Shown here: piece after piece, positions 52,067-61,632 of the stretch | How the letters are laid out: each line of letters begins with the position of its first letter | Position numbering within the stretch: position 1 is the first letter of the stretch | NCBI GenBank assembly: GCA_000092065.1 | Contig: CP000596.1 | Reading direction: 5' to 3' (one strand) | DNA: 64,000 bases | DNA from: Ostreococcus lucimarinus | Taxonomy: Eukaryota | Notes under the pieces: generated by a model | Seen by the model: the letters and a program-made list of their open reading frames with translations, nothing else | What the model was told of the DNA's origin: nothing | The model's database searches: none | Program-made: the position numbers and the translations under genes

Positions 52067-52510
52067 ATGCAAAGAGCGAAGGAGAAGGAACGACGCGAGG
52101 ACGACGCGAGCGCGAGCGCGGCGCTGATACCGGCGAATAAAAACGCGGTGGACGATCGACCGGAACCGGCGATATTCGCCAAGAATAGAGCGTTGATTAA
52201 TTTGCCGAAAATTCGCAAGAAGGAGGACGCCGCGGCGGAGGTGCCGTTCAACGGTTTAGGGCGCATTTCGTTTGGCGGCGCAAATCCAGAGGTGGAACTC
52301 GCGCACGAGAAGTTGAAGGAGCAACGAAGACAGTTGAAGGCGTTGAAACAGGCGCGCGCGAGTAACGATGCAGATGTGGCGGATGATGAGATGGCTGCGG
52401 CGGCGTTCGCGGCGAAGAAATCGAAAAAGAAGCGAACGGCGGGGAGCGATTTTGGCTTCGTCAAGCCGCCCGCGCTCGATTCGAAAAAGCAAAAGAAAGG
52501 ACAACATTAG
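52067..52510 (+). CDS. MPP6: Small basic protein resembling the exosome cofactor MPP6 (M-phase phosphoprotein 6).
   Basis: GRISFGGANPEVELAHEKL parallels human MPP6 GRMSFRGFNPEVEKL. A K/R-rich C-terminus and an MQR..-type N-terminus also fit. The match is weak but specific. Confidence 0.45.
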   Translation: MQRAKEKERREDDASASAALIPANKNAVDDRPEPAIFAKNRALINLPKIRKKEDAAAEVPFNGLGRISFGGANPEVELAHEKLKEQRRQLKALKQARASNDADVADDEMAAAAFAAKKSKKKRTAGSDFGFVKPPALDSKKQKKGQH

Positions 52511-52599
52511 CGACGCGCAGTCAGTCTTGTAGCAAGAGATCCATTCATATTTGAACTCAATTTCATTCGTTCGTTTACAACACAAAGACGTCGCCGCTG

Positions 52600-54309
52600 T
52601 TAATCAAACATGCGAGAGTCGGAGGGCGGTTGGAGCTGCACGATGCTCGGCATTTCGGTGCCAAAGTACCTGTCGCCGAACTCACCGACGCCAGGAAGAA
52701 CCTTGTTATCATCGCTCAATCCTGCATCGACCTCTGACGTGATGACCTTCATGCGCGGGTATCTCGTGCACAGGTGGTGCACGCCTTGAGTGGACGCGAT
52801 GACGGTGAGGAAGAGAATTTTCTCCTCTTGCACGCCGCGCTCGAGGAGCAAATCGATCGCCGATTGTGCGCTCACGCCCGTGGCTAAAATAGGGTCCAGC
52901 AACAGCACATAGCGATCGGCGATGTCGTGCGGAAGTTTTTCGTAATGGATTCGCGAGTTGTACATCACCGGAGAAGACAAGTCACCCGAGGCGCTCGCTT
53001 GGCGCGCTATCATCCCATCCTTGTCGCGACGCTCGATGAGCAATTTCCCAATTTTGATCCCTTTGCAACACGCGCGCAAAGCATTCTCCATAGCCTCTCC
53101 CGATCGAATGATGGAAACCCCGCAAAGCTTGCTGCAAAACGTGACGCCCTTGTACTGGTCGCCCGTCGGCGTGAGGACGACTTGCTCGCTAAACGGCAAG
53201 TGTCCCAACCCATGTTCGACGACGAGACGAATGATGCGGTCGCTGTAAAAGACGAAATCGCTTCTATTTACCCGGCGATCGCGTATGATGGTGTGCATGC
53301 CTCTGATTTGGAACTGCGGCGGCAAAACCACCAAGTTGCGATAAATGCGCCGCAAATCATTTTGGCCGAGCTTTGTTCGAATGTGCTGGACGATGAGATC
53401 GATGGCCACCGTGTTCTCTCCTTGCGCCCACGGAATGATGACATCGGCATATTTCTTGCTCGGCGACACAAAGGTGTCGAACATCGGCTTCACGAACGTC
53501 GTGTATTGTGTGATGACGCCATCGACGCTTCGTCCTCTATCCACGGTGTCTCGCTTCAACCGCCTCGCCAATCTCAAATCATCGTCCGTGTCCACGAACA
53601 CTTTCATGTGGCACATCGCTCGAATCTCTTCCATCGCCAACACTAGAATGCCCTCGATGATGATCACATCGCCGCTCTCGATGTGAATCTTTTCGTCGCT
53701 TCGCGAGTGCGTCACGAAGTCGTACACCGGAATGTCCACCGACTGTCGAAGCATCAACTTTTGCAGCACTTCCACCAAGTACTTCGTGTCGATCGCATCT
53801 GGGTGATCGAAATTATACGCCCCCACATTTTCGTGCTCGTACGCCGTGAGCGGGCGATAAAACGAATCCTGCGCTATCAACACCACGCGTTGCTCTTGCA
53901 AGTTTTGCATGATGAGATCACACACCGTCGTCTTCCCACTCGCCGTCCCACCGGCGACGCCGATCAGAAACGGTTCGCGATTACCGCCGCATCGACTGAC
54001 GCGTTCATCGAACTCGGTGACGTACTTGCCATTCGTTCCCCGTCTCGCCTTGCCAGCGCTGCAGTTGTTTTCGAGCATCTTCGTGAAATACTTGGTCGGG
54101 CTCCCGACCTCGGGCGAGTGTTCGAAGTGCGCGGGTGAGTGCGCACCGTTCCCGCCGTTCGGGTTCAGCTTGCTCACCGCCGCGTGAGGCGGCGAGGACG
54201 GCTCGGGGAGACGCGTCGGAGGAAGATTTTGATTTCGAGTCGACACGTTATCGTCGCTCGCGATCACGAGCCGGTCGAGAGCGCCGGAGACGGCGCCGGT
54301 GGAAGGCAT
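52600..54309 (-). CDS. UKL: Uridine kinase-like protein: uridine/cytidine kinase domain fused to a uracil phosphoribosyltransferase domain (UKL).
   Basis: P-loop EPFLIGVAGGTASGKTTVCDLI with the downstream uridine kinase fold, plus a C-terminal UPRT domain. This is the plant UKL architecture. Start at MPSTGAV (54309). Confidence 0.85.
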   Translation of the reverse strand: MPSTGAVSGALDRLVIASDDNVSTRNQNLPPTRLPEPSSPPHAAVSKLNPNGGNGAHSPAHFEHSPEVGSPTKYFTKMLENNCSAGKARRGTNGKYVTEFDERVSRCGGNREPFLIGVAGGTASGKTTVCDLIMQNLQEQRVVLIAQDSFYRPLTAYEHENVGAYNFDHPDAIDTKYLVEVLQKLMLRQSVDIPVYDFVTHSRSDEKIHIESGDVIIIEGILVLAMEEIRAMCHMKVFVDTDDDLRLARRLKRDTVDRGRSVDGVITQYTTFVKPMFDTFVSPSKKYADVIIPWAQGENTVAIDLIVQHIRTKLGQNDLRRIYRNLVVLPPQFQIRGMHTIIRDRRVNRSDFVFYSDRIIRLVVEHGLGHLPFSEQVVLTPTGDQYKGVTFCSKLCGVSIIRSGEAMENALRACCKGIKIGKLLIERRDKDGMIARQASASGDLSSPVMYNSRIHYEKLPHDIADRYVLLLDPILATGVSAQSAIDLLLERGVQEEKILFLTVIASTQGVHHLCTRYPRMKVITSEVDAGLSDDNKVLPGVGEFGDRYFGTEMPSIVQLQPPSDSRMFD

Positions 54310-54523
54310 CCGTGCGCTCACGGCTTCCGTTCGCGCGCGCGGGCGGCGTGTGAGTCGGGCGTCGGTAACGGCGTTGGTGACGGCGCGTTCGAGAGGCGAG
54401 CTCTGCGGTGTCGCTTCGCGTTCGCGCGTTCGGAAAACTAAAACTACCTGACTACGTGCTACCTCGCTAACGCGCCCGCCGCGGCGCCGCCTATGTGTTA
54501 TGTGATATCGCGTCGCGCGTCCG

Positions 54524-55501
54524 TTAATCGAATTCAATCTTCGCAGCGACTGGAAGATGGTCGCTCGGGTGTCCGGTGTTCGGCAAGCCTTCGCCGAGAG
54601 TGTCTCGCGCGGGCTGTTCATCCACGGCGACGACACGAACACCGGATGACAGAAACACATAATCAATGCACGCAGTGAAACTCGGCGTGACGTTCGTGAA
54701 CTGTGGTTCTCGTCCATTCGAGACAGACGTGAAAGCCGCGTTCATCGCGCCGTACACGTCGCTTTGCGGATCCGAGTTGAAATCGCCGCCGATGATGACG
54801 TGCACGGGACGCCCTTCGGCTCGAATTAGCGCCTCGTCGCGAAACTTGACGCACTCGGCGATCAACATTTTCGCCTGCGCGAGCTTTACGTCGGCACATT
54901 CCGGATCCCAGTACAGGTGAGTCGACGCGAAGACGACGAGCGCGCCGTCTTTGATTCGCCGAAGCAGCGTTAAATTCCCCACGCAGTCTCGCAAGTACCG
55001 TCGACGCGCCTCGTTTTCGTTCGTTTCGTCGTTCGCATCGTCTCGGCCGTACAAATCGTAGCCGATATCGTTGTATTCCAAATTCCGCGAATCTTCCAAA
55101 GCGAACGTCGACGCGCGCCACGCCACGCAGCTTCCATCCTTTTTCGCGTTACTCTTCTTCGTCCGCTGCACGTACCGCGACTCGTACCCGTGTTCGCGCA
55201 ACCAAGACTTCCATCGCGCGTCGTTCTCTTCGCTCGGCTCGTACCCATCGAGCTCTTGAAGCGCCATTAAGTCGGCGTCGAGCGCGAGTAGTTTTTTCTG
55301 TACATTCGCGCGGCGCGCTTTCGACTTCATCAGCGCGCGCGGCGTCCACGGAAACCACGCGCTCTTGGCGTATACTTGCGCGAGGATGTTGTATGTGACG
55401 ACTCGAACGCTCGTCGCCGCGGCGGCGTTTTGCGCCATTTTTGTCGCGCACGCGCGCGCGCCTTCAAGTGTCGTTGGTGCTGTTTCGCGCTTCGCTCGCA
55501 A
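54524..55501 (-). CDS. Endonuclease/exonuclease/phosphatase (EEP) family protein, CCR4/nocturnin/angel-like deadenylase.
   Basis: VRVVTYNILAQVYAK...LMALQELD N-terminal EEP motifs and a C-terminal SDHLPV motif. Confidence 0.7.
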   Translation of the reverse strand: MRAKRETAPTTLEGARACATKMAQNAAAATSVRVVTYNILAQVYAKSAWFPWTPRALMKSKARRANVQKKLLALDADLMALQELDGYEPSEENDARWKSWLREHGYESRYVQRTKKSNAKKDGSCVAWRASTFALEDSRNLEYNDIGYDLYGRDDANDETNENEARRRYLRDCVGNLTLLRRIKDGALVVFASTHLYWDPECADVKLAQAKMLIAECVKFRDEALIRAEGRPVHVIIGGDFNSDPQSDVYGAMNAAFTSVSNGREPQFTNVTPSFTACIDYVFLSSGVRVVAVDEQPARDTLGEGLPNTGHPSDHLPVAAKIEFD

Positions 55502-55550
55502 TCATTCACTATTGTTTACAATGCTACTGTACCGTGTAGGCGATCTATCG

Positions 55551-57083
55551 TTATCGCACGCACTTCTCTTCGAATAATTCCTGCACTCGGTGCTGCAACG
55601 CGCGGTCGATGTCCAACTTTGCTTGCGTCGTGATGGATGGGTGCACGAGCCACGCCGAGTCTACGTTTTGTAAGACGTAGTGGTCGATGATGGTGTCGTC
55701 CGTTCCAGTGAACAACACGGAGATCAACTCATCGTACGCTGTGTTATGCAGCAAATACATGTCGCTCGACCTCAAATCGCACCCACCGGCGTTTAGGCGA
55801 CACAGTTGCCCCTCGGCGCGCGTGTTGACGCAGTGACACTGCGTCGGGCACACCAAATCGTCGCGAGTGGCTGTGGTGACTTCCACCATCCCACCAGTCG
55901 ATGACTTTTTAATCTCAAACTTTTCAAATAAGTGCGGCCGCACCGACGGACGAATCAATTTCCACGCCGGCGGTCCTCCGCCACCCGAGCCGAGCTTCAC
56001 GCGCCCCAAACTCGCCGACTCGCCTTCGAATTCGCCGCCGATGAGCGTCAAGAGGTCAGCTTCGGTCTCGGAATGTACCTCGACGTCGGCGTTGACTACA
56101 GCATCCTCCTCCATGACGGTAATATGCTCAAATCCGTTTTCCTTCGCGTGCTTCGCGATCATCCCGTGCGACATGGACACGCGGGTGTAATGAGATTTGT
56201 ACCAAACGCCCGTCGACGCAGCCGTGCACCTGTCCAGCACCTTGCCGCTCACGCATGTCGCCTTGCCTTCAAATTCTTTCGGCACGCGAATCGTGGTGTT
56301 TACGGACGCGCAATTCTGCGTCGTCAATATATAAATTTGATCCGTGGCGGCGATGACGCGATTGATAGGGGTGTCATTCGATGCTTCCGCGATCGCGGGG
56401 GTGAACGCCACTTCGCACAGCATGTCTGAGAGCGAGCTCAGATGTATGTGTCGTCTCGCGCGCGCCTGTGGCGTCTCACCAGCAAACATCAGTGCGGCCA
56501 CGCACGCACACGCACACATGACCATCGTTATTGCGCTCCATCTCGCGCGTTTCAGTGGCTGAACCCATCGCCGAGACTCGCGCCCCAGCGTTTCGCTTGG
56601 CGCGGCTTCGGCGCCTCCTCGCGCCTCCTCGCGCCGCGACGTGGTCGCGAACGACGTCGCGGCGACGTATCGCTCGCCACCAGCGAACAAAGAAGCCACG
56701 CTCATCGCTCGTTCGCCCTCTGTGGTTCGTTTCGTCGTCCCGAGCAGCGACTCGGTCTCGTCCAACTCTCGAGCCAACGCTTCGAGCATCTCTTGCCTGG
56801 ACACGTCCACCTTACCAGTCGGCGTCGGACGGCGAACAATCGCCGCGGACGCCTCGCGCGCGCTCTCACGCTCGTGTTCTTTCGTTTCTCTCGCCCGCAC
56901 GTCGCTCACATCGCGCGAGTTCACGATCGACGCCTCCGCGAACGCGGTAACACCATCGGACGTCGTCGCGACGGCGTCGCGCGCACTTTCGAGCGTCGCC
57001 TCGAGCGCGCGTGCGCGGGACGTGCCGGCGTCAACATCGCGCGCTTTCGCGTTCGCGATCGCGTTCGCGTTCGCGCGTGACAT
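55551..57083 (-). CDS. Hypothetical type II membrane protein with a C-terminal globular domain, possibly a glycosyltransferase-like fold.
   Basis: Single hydrophobic anchor ITMVMCACACVAALMFA after an acidic N-terminal region. The C-terminal domain has conserved Cys and an EEDAV-type acidic motif. No confident family. Confidence 0.35.
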   Translation of the reverse strand: MSRANANAIANAKARDVDAGTSRARALEATLESARDAVATTSDGVTAFAEASIVNSRDVSDVRARETKEHERESAREASAAIVRRPTPTGKVDVSRQEMLEALARELDETESLLGTTKRTTEGERAMSVASLFAGGERYVAATSFATTSRREEARGGAEAAPSETLGRESRRWVQPLKRARWSAITMVMCACACVAALMFAGETPQARARRHIHLSSLSDMLCEVAFTPAIAEASNDTPINRVIAATDQIYILTTQNCASVNTTIRVPKEFEGKATCVSGKVLDRCTAASTGVWYKSHYTRVSMSHGMIAKHAKENGFEHITVMEEDAVVNADVEVHSETEADLLTLIGGEFEGESASLGRVKLGSGGGGPPAWKLIRPSVRPHLFEKFEIKKSSTGGMVEVTTATRDDLVCPTQCHCVNTRAEGQLCRLNAGGCDLRSSDMYLLHNTAYDELISVLFTGTDDTIIDHYVLQNVDSAWLVHPSITTQAKLDIDRALQHRVQELFEEKCVR

Positions 57084-57231
57084 CGAGAGCCGTCGACGCG
57101 GTCTGCCGAATCTGGGTGTTCACTGCGCCGAATCACGGTGTTCACTGCCCTGCGGGTGTTCGCGCCTAGGGTTGGGGCGCGTCTTGAGCGGTGCGTACGC
57201 ATAGTTACATGTGTAAAGAATTCATAAATGA

Positions 57232-58059
57232 TCACTTCCCGTCGATCGGGGCGATGACGGAGTCGTCGAAGACGGGTAAATCTGGGAGTCGGATCGTCGG
57301 CACGACGGCTTCGTCTTCGTCCGCGGGCAACGCGTACGGCGTCTCTTCGGCGCACATGTCGACGAAGAGTTTGTGCCAACGCGCGTCGGCGGTGATTTCG
57401 GGATGGAACGACGTCGCGAGTAACTTTCCTTGTCTCACCGCGACGACGACTTCGTTCAAGCCCTCGTCCGCGGTCCCGACGAGTTTTTGTTTCTTCGCCT
57501 CCGGGAGCGCGTACTTCGCGAGCACCTCGACGTCGGGCCCGCACGACGTGATGGCGGGCGCGCGAATGAACACCGCCCGGAACGGCGCGTCGTCGTCGCC
57601 GTTCGACGTCGTCGCCGTCCACGGAATCATGCATTCAAACGAATCGATCTGTGACCCGAAAAAGTTTCTATTCACCCCGACGTCCAAGCCGCCGAGAAGC
57701 TCTTGTCCGCCTTCCTTGCCCCCTCGCTCGAGGCGTTCGGCTAAGAAAATCAACCCCGCGCACGTCCCCCACACGCACCTCCCGCTCGCCTGGAACGCTC
57801 GCAACGGTTCGAACAGCCCGAACCTTCGCGCGATGTTCGCCATCGTCGTCGACTCCCCCCCCGGAATGATTAAACCTCGCACGTCGCGCAGGTGACACCC
57901 CTTGCGCACCTCCACCGCGCGCGCGCGCGGGTGCGCCTTGCGCACGAGCGCGGCGTGCTCGCGGAACGAGCCCTGAATCGCGAGCACGCCGATCAAGACG
58001 TCGCGCGCGTCGTCGTCGTCGGCATCCGTCATGGCGATGTGCTCCCACGACCCGCTCAT
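57232..58059 (-). CDS. PDX2: Pyridoxal 5'-phosphate synthase glutaminase subunit PdxT/PDX2.
   Basis: Class I glutamine amidotransferase with the PdxT-specific motifs GVLAIQGSFREH and IIPGGESTTM, catalytic Cys in GTCAG, and FHPE. Confidence 0.85.
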   Translation of the reverse strand: MSGSWEHIAMTDADDDDARDVLIGVLAIQGSFREHAALVRKAHPRARAVEVRKGCHLRDVRGLIIPGGESTTMANIARRFGLFEPLRAFQASGRCVWGTCAGLIFLAERLERGGKEGGQELLGGLDVGVNRNFFGSQIDSFECMIPWTATTSNGDDDAPFRAVFIRAPAITSCGPDVEVLAKYALPEAKKQKLVGTADEGLNEVVVAVRQGKLLATSFHPEITADARWHKLFVDMCAEETPYALPADEDEAVVPTIRLPDLPVFDDSVIAPIDGK

Positions 58060-58194
58060 GCGCGACGCGCGATGCCGGCGTCGAGGGCGGCGGTTCGACG
58101 TCACGCGCGACGCGGGCTCGATCGGCGAGACCGCGACGACACGGACACGGATTTTTTGTACGCTCTGGACGCCGGAAGCGCGATGGAGTGATGG

Positions 58195-60297
58195 ATGGAT
58201 GTCGTCGCGGTGTTGCGCGCGTCCGCGTCACACCGCCGCGTTCGAGCGCCGCGTCGCGCGCGTCGTCGTCGCAGACGTCGTCGTCGTCGTCGCATGCCGT
58301 GGCGCGCCGGCGCGCCGCGGTGCTTCGGCCGCCGCGCGCGCGCGTCGTCGAGAGATATCTTCGGCGATGTCGACGCGAACGGGACGTCGCGCAAATCGTC
58401 GACGTCGACGTCGACGGGATCGGGGGGAACGGTGATCGTGTACGGGCTCAGCGCGGATCCACCGACGGACGTCGGCGGCCACGGGAGCGTGGTGCGGGCG
58501 TTACGGGCGTGCGAAGGCGTGGACGAGGTGCGCGTGACGCCGGTGTACGCGCACGCGTACGCGGAGAAGAGACTCGCGACGACGTCGTACGAGGCGCGAG
58601 TGGAGATGTGCGCGCTGGCGTTCGAGGGAGCGGTGATGGACAGCGACGCTGACGTCGGTAAACACGCGACGCTGGCGCCCGCGGGATCGAGAGGCGTCTC
58701 CGCGAGCGACGACGACGCGGGCGAGACGAGCGCGGCGGGGACGAAGGCGGCGCGCTTGGTCGTGTCTCGGGCAGAATACAGAGCTTCGCTCGAGCACAGA
58801 GGAGGCTTGGCGAACACCAAACCTGGATCCACGGCGGCATTGATGGACGTGCTTCGGCGCGAGCAACCGGATACGACTTTCATTATTTGCGTCGGCGAGG
58901 ACGCGTTTGACGATTTAATCAGCGGGAAGTGGTTCAGAGGTGAAGACTTGTTGCGCGACTACGCGTTCATTGTCGCACCACGACACGGATATGAATCGCG
59001 TCGTGAGCGAAATTTTGGCGCGAGTGGACACGTCACGCGAGACATTCGCAGCGTCTCCTGGTTGGAGGCGCACGTCACCGCGCCGGCGGGCGCGCCGGTG
59101 TCCTCGACCATGATTCGACGCGCGTTAGAGCAGAGGCAAGAGTGCGAGACTGCGGAGCAATTGTTGCAAGATTGCGCTCCCACTCGAGCGCTTCATCCCG
59201 ACGTTTTGCAGTACATCGTCGACAAAGAGCTCTACGTCGCCGATGAGTTCCAAGACGCCGTCGGCGACGACCTGGACTCAGATGCGGACGCCGACGCGCC
59301 GTCCACGCCGACGAAAGATTTGGGGTATTTAGGTCGAAAGTTTGCGGGCATGACAACGGAGCCGAGTGCGTATTTTAGCCGAGACAAGTCGTTCACCGAC
59401 GCAAAGGACAGGCACGGCTTGCTCACCGAATCGCGCCCGCTCATCGGCAAGGAAGTCGACGTACACGAGCACATCAAAGCCGCGGTTCCTCGCGACGAAT
59501 TTACGTCGTTCAAGGCGTTGCCGTACGAGCTCTTCGATCGCGCGATACGCACCGAGCTTCAGAACCATCCGCCCGGCAAATGGAATGCTGATAAAGCAAA
59601 AAAGTACGCGTTCATGTCGGCGGAACGCGTGCGCGTCGTGTTGCAGTGGCGCAAGGACAACAAGGTTGACGAATTGCTCACTGGTGGCATATTGCCATAT
59701 TCAGACTGCATGTACACGAATTGGCCCGCGTTCGTGCACGGTCAAGACTCGTACGGACACCCCGTGTTGTGTGAGCATCCGAGCGCCGTGAAGCCAGACG
59801 CTTTGAAGGCGCGCATGACCGTCGACGAAATAATGCGGCACAGGATTCAAGTGATGGAGACGTTGGAGTTCATGAAATCGACCTCCCAGCGCGCGCACAC
59901 GGTCTACAAGCACATCTGCGTGATTGACTTGGAAGGGGTCACGATGTCGCTGTTCACGGGTGACGTGAAATCGTTTCTGACCGAGTTTGTCAAGCTTTTG
60001 ACGCATCGCTACACCGATTCGTTGCACCTGATGTATCTCGTGAACACGCCGGTGGTCTTCCGCGTCATGTGGGCGATGCTAATGCCGTTACTGTCGACGA
60101 CGACAAAGTCGAAAATTTTCATGTTTGGCGTAGGACCCAACCAAAGTAAGAAACTCGCAAAGCAGCTCGCACGACACGGGATAGGGCAGGAATGCGTTCC
60201 GCCGTGCGCGGGTGGAACGCACAAAGGAACGAGGATGGACGAATACATTCGAGAAGCTGTTACGCTGCACAAGCGTTTGAACGAGCACGTCAAGTAG
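58195..60297 (+). CDS. Single 700-aa ORF: NadD-like nicotinate/nicotinamide mononucleotide adenylyltransferase domain fused to a C-terminal CRAL-TRIO (Sec14-like) lipid-binding domain.
   Basis: The N-terminal half has a nucleotidyltransferase signature region (IVYGLSADPPTDVGGH) and the NadD C-terminal motif SSTMIRRAL...LQYIVDKELY. An acidic linker of about 70 aa follows. Then a CRAL-TRIO N-domain (KALPYELFDRAIRTEL...KAKKYAFMSAERVRVVLQWRKDNKVDELL) and a lipid-binding domain. There is no in-frame stop between the halves. Confidence 0.65.
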   Translation: MDVVAVLRASASHRRVRAPRRARRRRRRRRRRRMPWRAGAPRCFGRRARASSRDIFGDVDANGTSRKSSTSTSTGSGGTVIVYGLSADPPTDVGGHGSVVRALRACEGVDEVRVTPVYAHAYAEKRLATTSYEARVEMCALAFEGAVMDSDADVGKHATLAPAGSRGVSASDDDAGETSAAGTKAARLVVSRAEYRASLEHRGGLANTKPGSTAALMDVLRREQPDTTFIICVGEDAFDDLISGKWFRGEDLLRDYAFIVAPRHGYESRRERNFGASGHVTRDIRSVSWLEAHVTAPAGAPVSSTMIRRALEQRQECETAEQLLQDCAPTRALHPDVLQYIVDKELYVADEFQDAVGDDLDSDADADAPSTPTKDLGYLGRKFAGMTTEPSAYFSRDKSFTDAKDRHGLLTESRPLIGKEVDVHEHIKAAVPRDEFTSFKALPYELFDRAIRTELQNHPPGKWNADKAKKYAFMSAERVRVVLQWRKDNKVDELLTGGILPYSDCMYTNWPAFVHGQDSYGHPVLCEHPSAVKPDALKARMTVDEIMRHRIQVMETLEFMKSTSQRAHTVYKHICVIDLEGVTMSLFTGDVKSFLTEFVKLLTHRYTDSLHLMYLVNTPVVFRVMWAMLMPLLSTTTKSKIFMFGVGPNQSKKLAKQLARHGIGQECVPPCAGGTHKGTRMDEYIREAVTLHKRLNEHVK

Positions 60298-60391
60298 TAC
60301 TAGCGACGTAGCGCCGAATCACGTAATCGTGATTCGGTTGTAACAACAACATCGGGACACATGAGCACAAATCATCTCATCAGTTTCACCG

Positions 60392-61588
60392 CTATGTTCC
60401 TATTCGCCTACGCACTAAATCGGGACCGCGAGCGCGCAATTCGTGTACGTCCTTCACGCCGAGCAAACCCATCGCGCGTTTCGTCTCGCTCGTGAGTATT
60501 TCAAACGCTTTGTTTACGCCCGCGCCTTCGCCCGCGGCGAGACCGTACAAGTACGCCTTACCCACCCCCACGGCATTCGCTCCGAGAGCGAGAGCCTTGA
60601 CGACATCGACGCCACGCATGATGCCACCGTCGTAAATCACCTCCGCTTCCTCGCCGACGGCTTCGCGGATGGACGACAAGACGTCAATGGGCGCGACGGC
60701 GCTCTCCAACTGTCGAGCGCCGTGCGACGTCACCCACACCGCGTCGTACCCAATATCTCGAGCGCGCACCGCGTCGTCGGGACGCAGAATCCCTTTCATC
60801 GCCATCGGACCATCCCACTGCGCGCGAAACCACTCGGCGTCTTTCCAATCAAACGCAGCGTCGAACTGTTTTGTCGCAAATTCTGCGATTGGCAGCGCGT
60901 CTCTGAGCAAACCGTCGCGCTTCAAATCGCGAATGAGCGCGTACTCGATGCGCTGTGATATGAGATATTCAAGCGTCCACCTCGGCGCCGCGAGAGCTGC
61001 GAGAGTTGTCCGTAAAGAGTGTTTGGGCGGTACACTGAATGAGTTTCGCACGTCTCGCTCCCGATTTCCGAACCACGTCAAGTCCGTCGTCAACGCGACT
61101 GACGAGAATCCAGCCTCCTTGGCGCTCGCCAAGACGTCTCGCATCAGCTCTCGATCTTTCCACACGTACACCTGGAACATTTTCCGATCGGCTTTCAACG
61201 TCGCGACGCCCTCCGCGATGTCTCGCGGAGAGCGGGTGCCGAGAGTGCTCAACGCAAATACTCTGTTGCTCGTCGAGCACGCCTCGGCGGTCGCCAACTC
61301 GCCGCGCCGCGGTGCCCATAACGCGTGACCGGCGGTCGGCGATGGGAAAATGCACTCCGTGTTCGTGTGTCCTAAAAACGACGTCTCGAGCGACACGTCG
61401 TCGACGCCGCGACACGTCGACGGGTGAAACTCTAATTCATCGAACGCCGCGCTCGCGCGACGCAGCGCCTTCTCATCGTCCGCACCGCCATCTAAATAGT
61501 CGAACGCGAACGAAGGTTGGACCTTGCGCGCGAGCGCGCGCAAGTCTCGCGCGTTCAAGCACGCGCGCAGCGCTTTGGACGACGCCAT
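60392..61588 (-). CDS. GOX: FMN-dependent (S)-2-hydroxy-acid oxidase/dehydrogenase (glycolate oxidase / L-lactate dehydrogenase LldD family).
   Basis: FAFDYLDGGADDE substrate-entry motif, catalytic TSHGARQLE (SNHGARQLD) and the C-terminal GANAVGVGKAYLYGLA. Start at MASSKAL (61588). The ORF extends to 61909. Confidence 0.85.
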   Translation of the reverse strand: MASSKALRACLNARDLRALARKVQPSFAFDYLDGGADDEKALRRASAAFDELEFHPSTCRGVDDVSLETSFLGHTNTECIFPSPTAGHALWAPRRGELATAEACSTSNRVFALSTLGTRSPRDIAEGVATLKADRKMFQVYVWKDRELMRDVLASAKEAGFSSVALTTDLTWFGNRERDVRNSFSVPPKHSLRTTLAALAAPRWTLEYLISQRIEYALIRDLKRDGLLRDALPIAEFATKQFDAAFDWKDAEWFRAQWDGPMAMKGILRPDDAVRARDIGYDAVWVTSHGARQLESAVAPIDVLSSIREAVGEEAEVIYDGGIMRGVDVVKALALGANAVGVGKAYLYGLAAGEGAGVNKAFEILTSETKRAMGLLGVKDVHELRARGPDLVRRRIGT

Positions 61589-61632
61589 GCGACGGCGTGT
61601 GTCGCCAGTGTTCGCCTCGCTTCGAGCGACGC

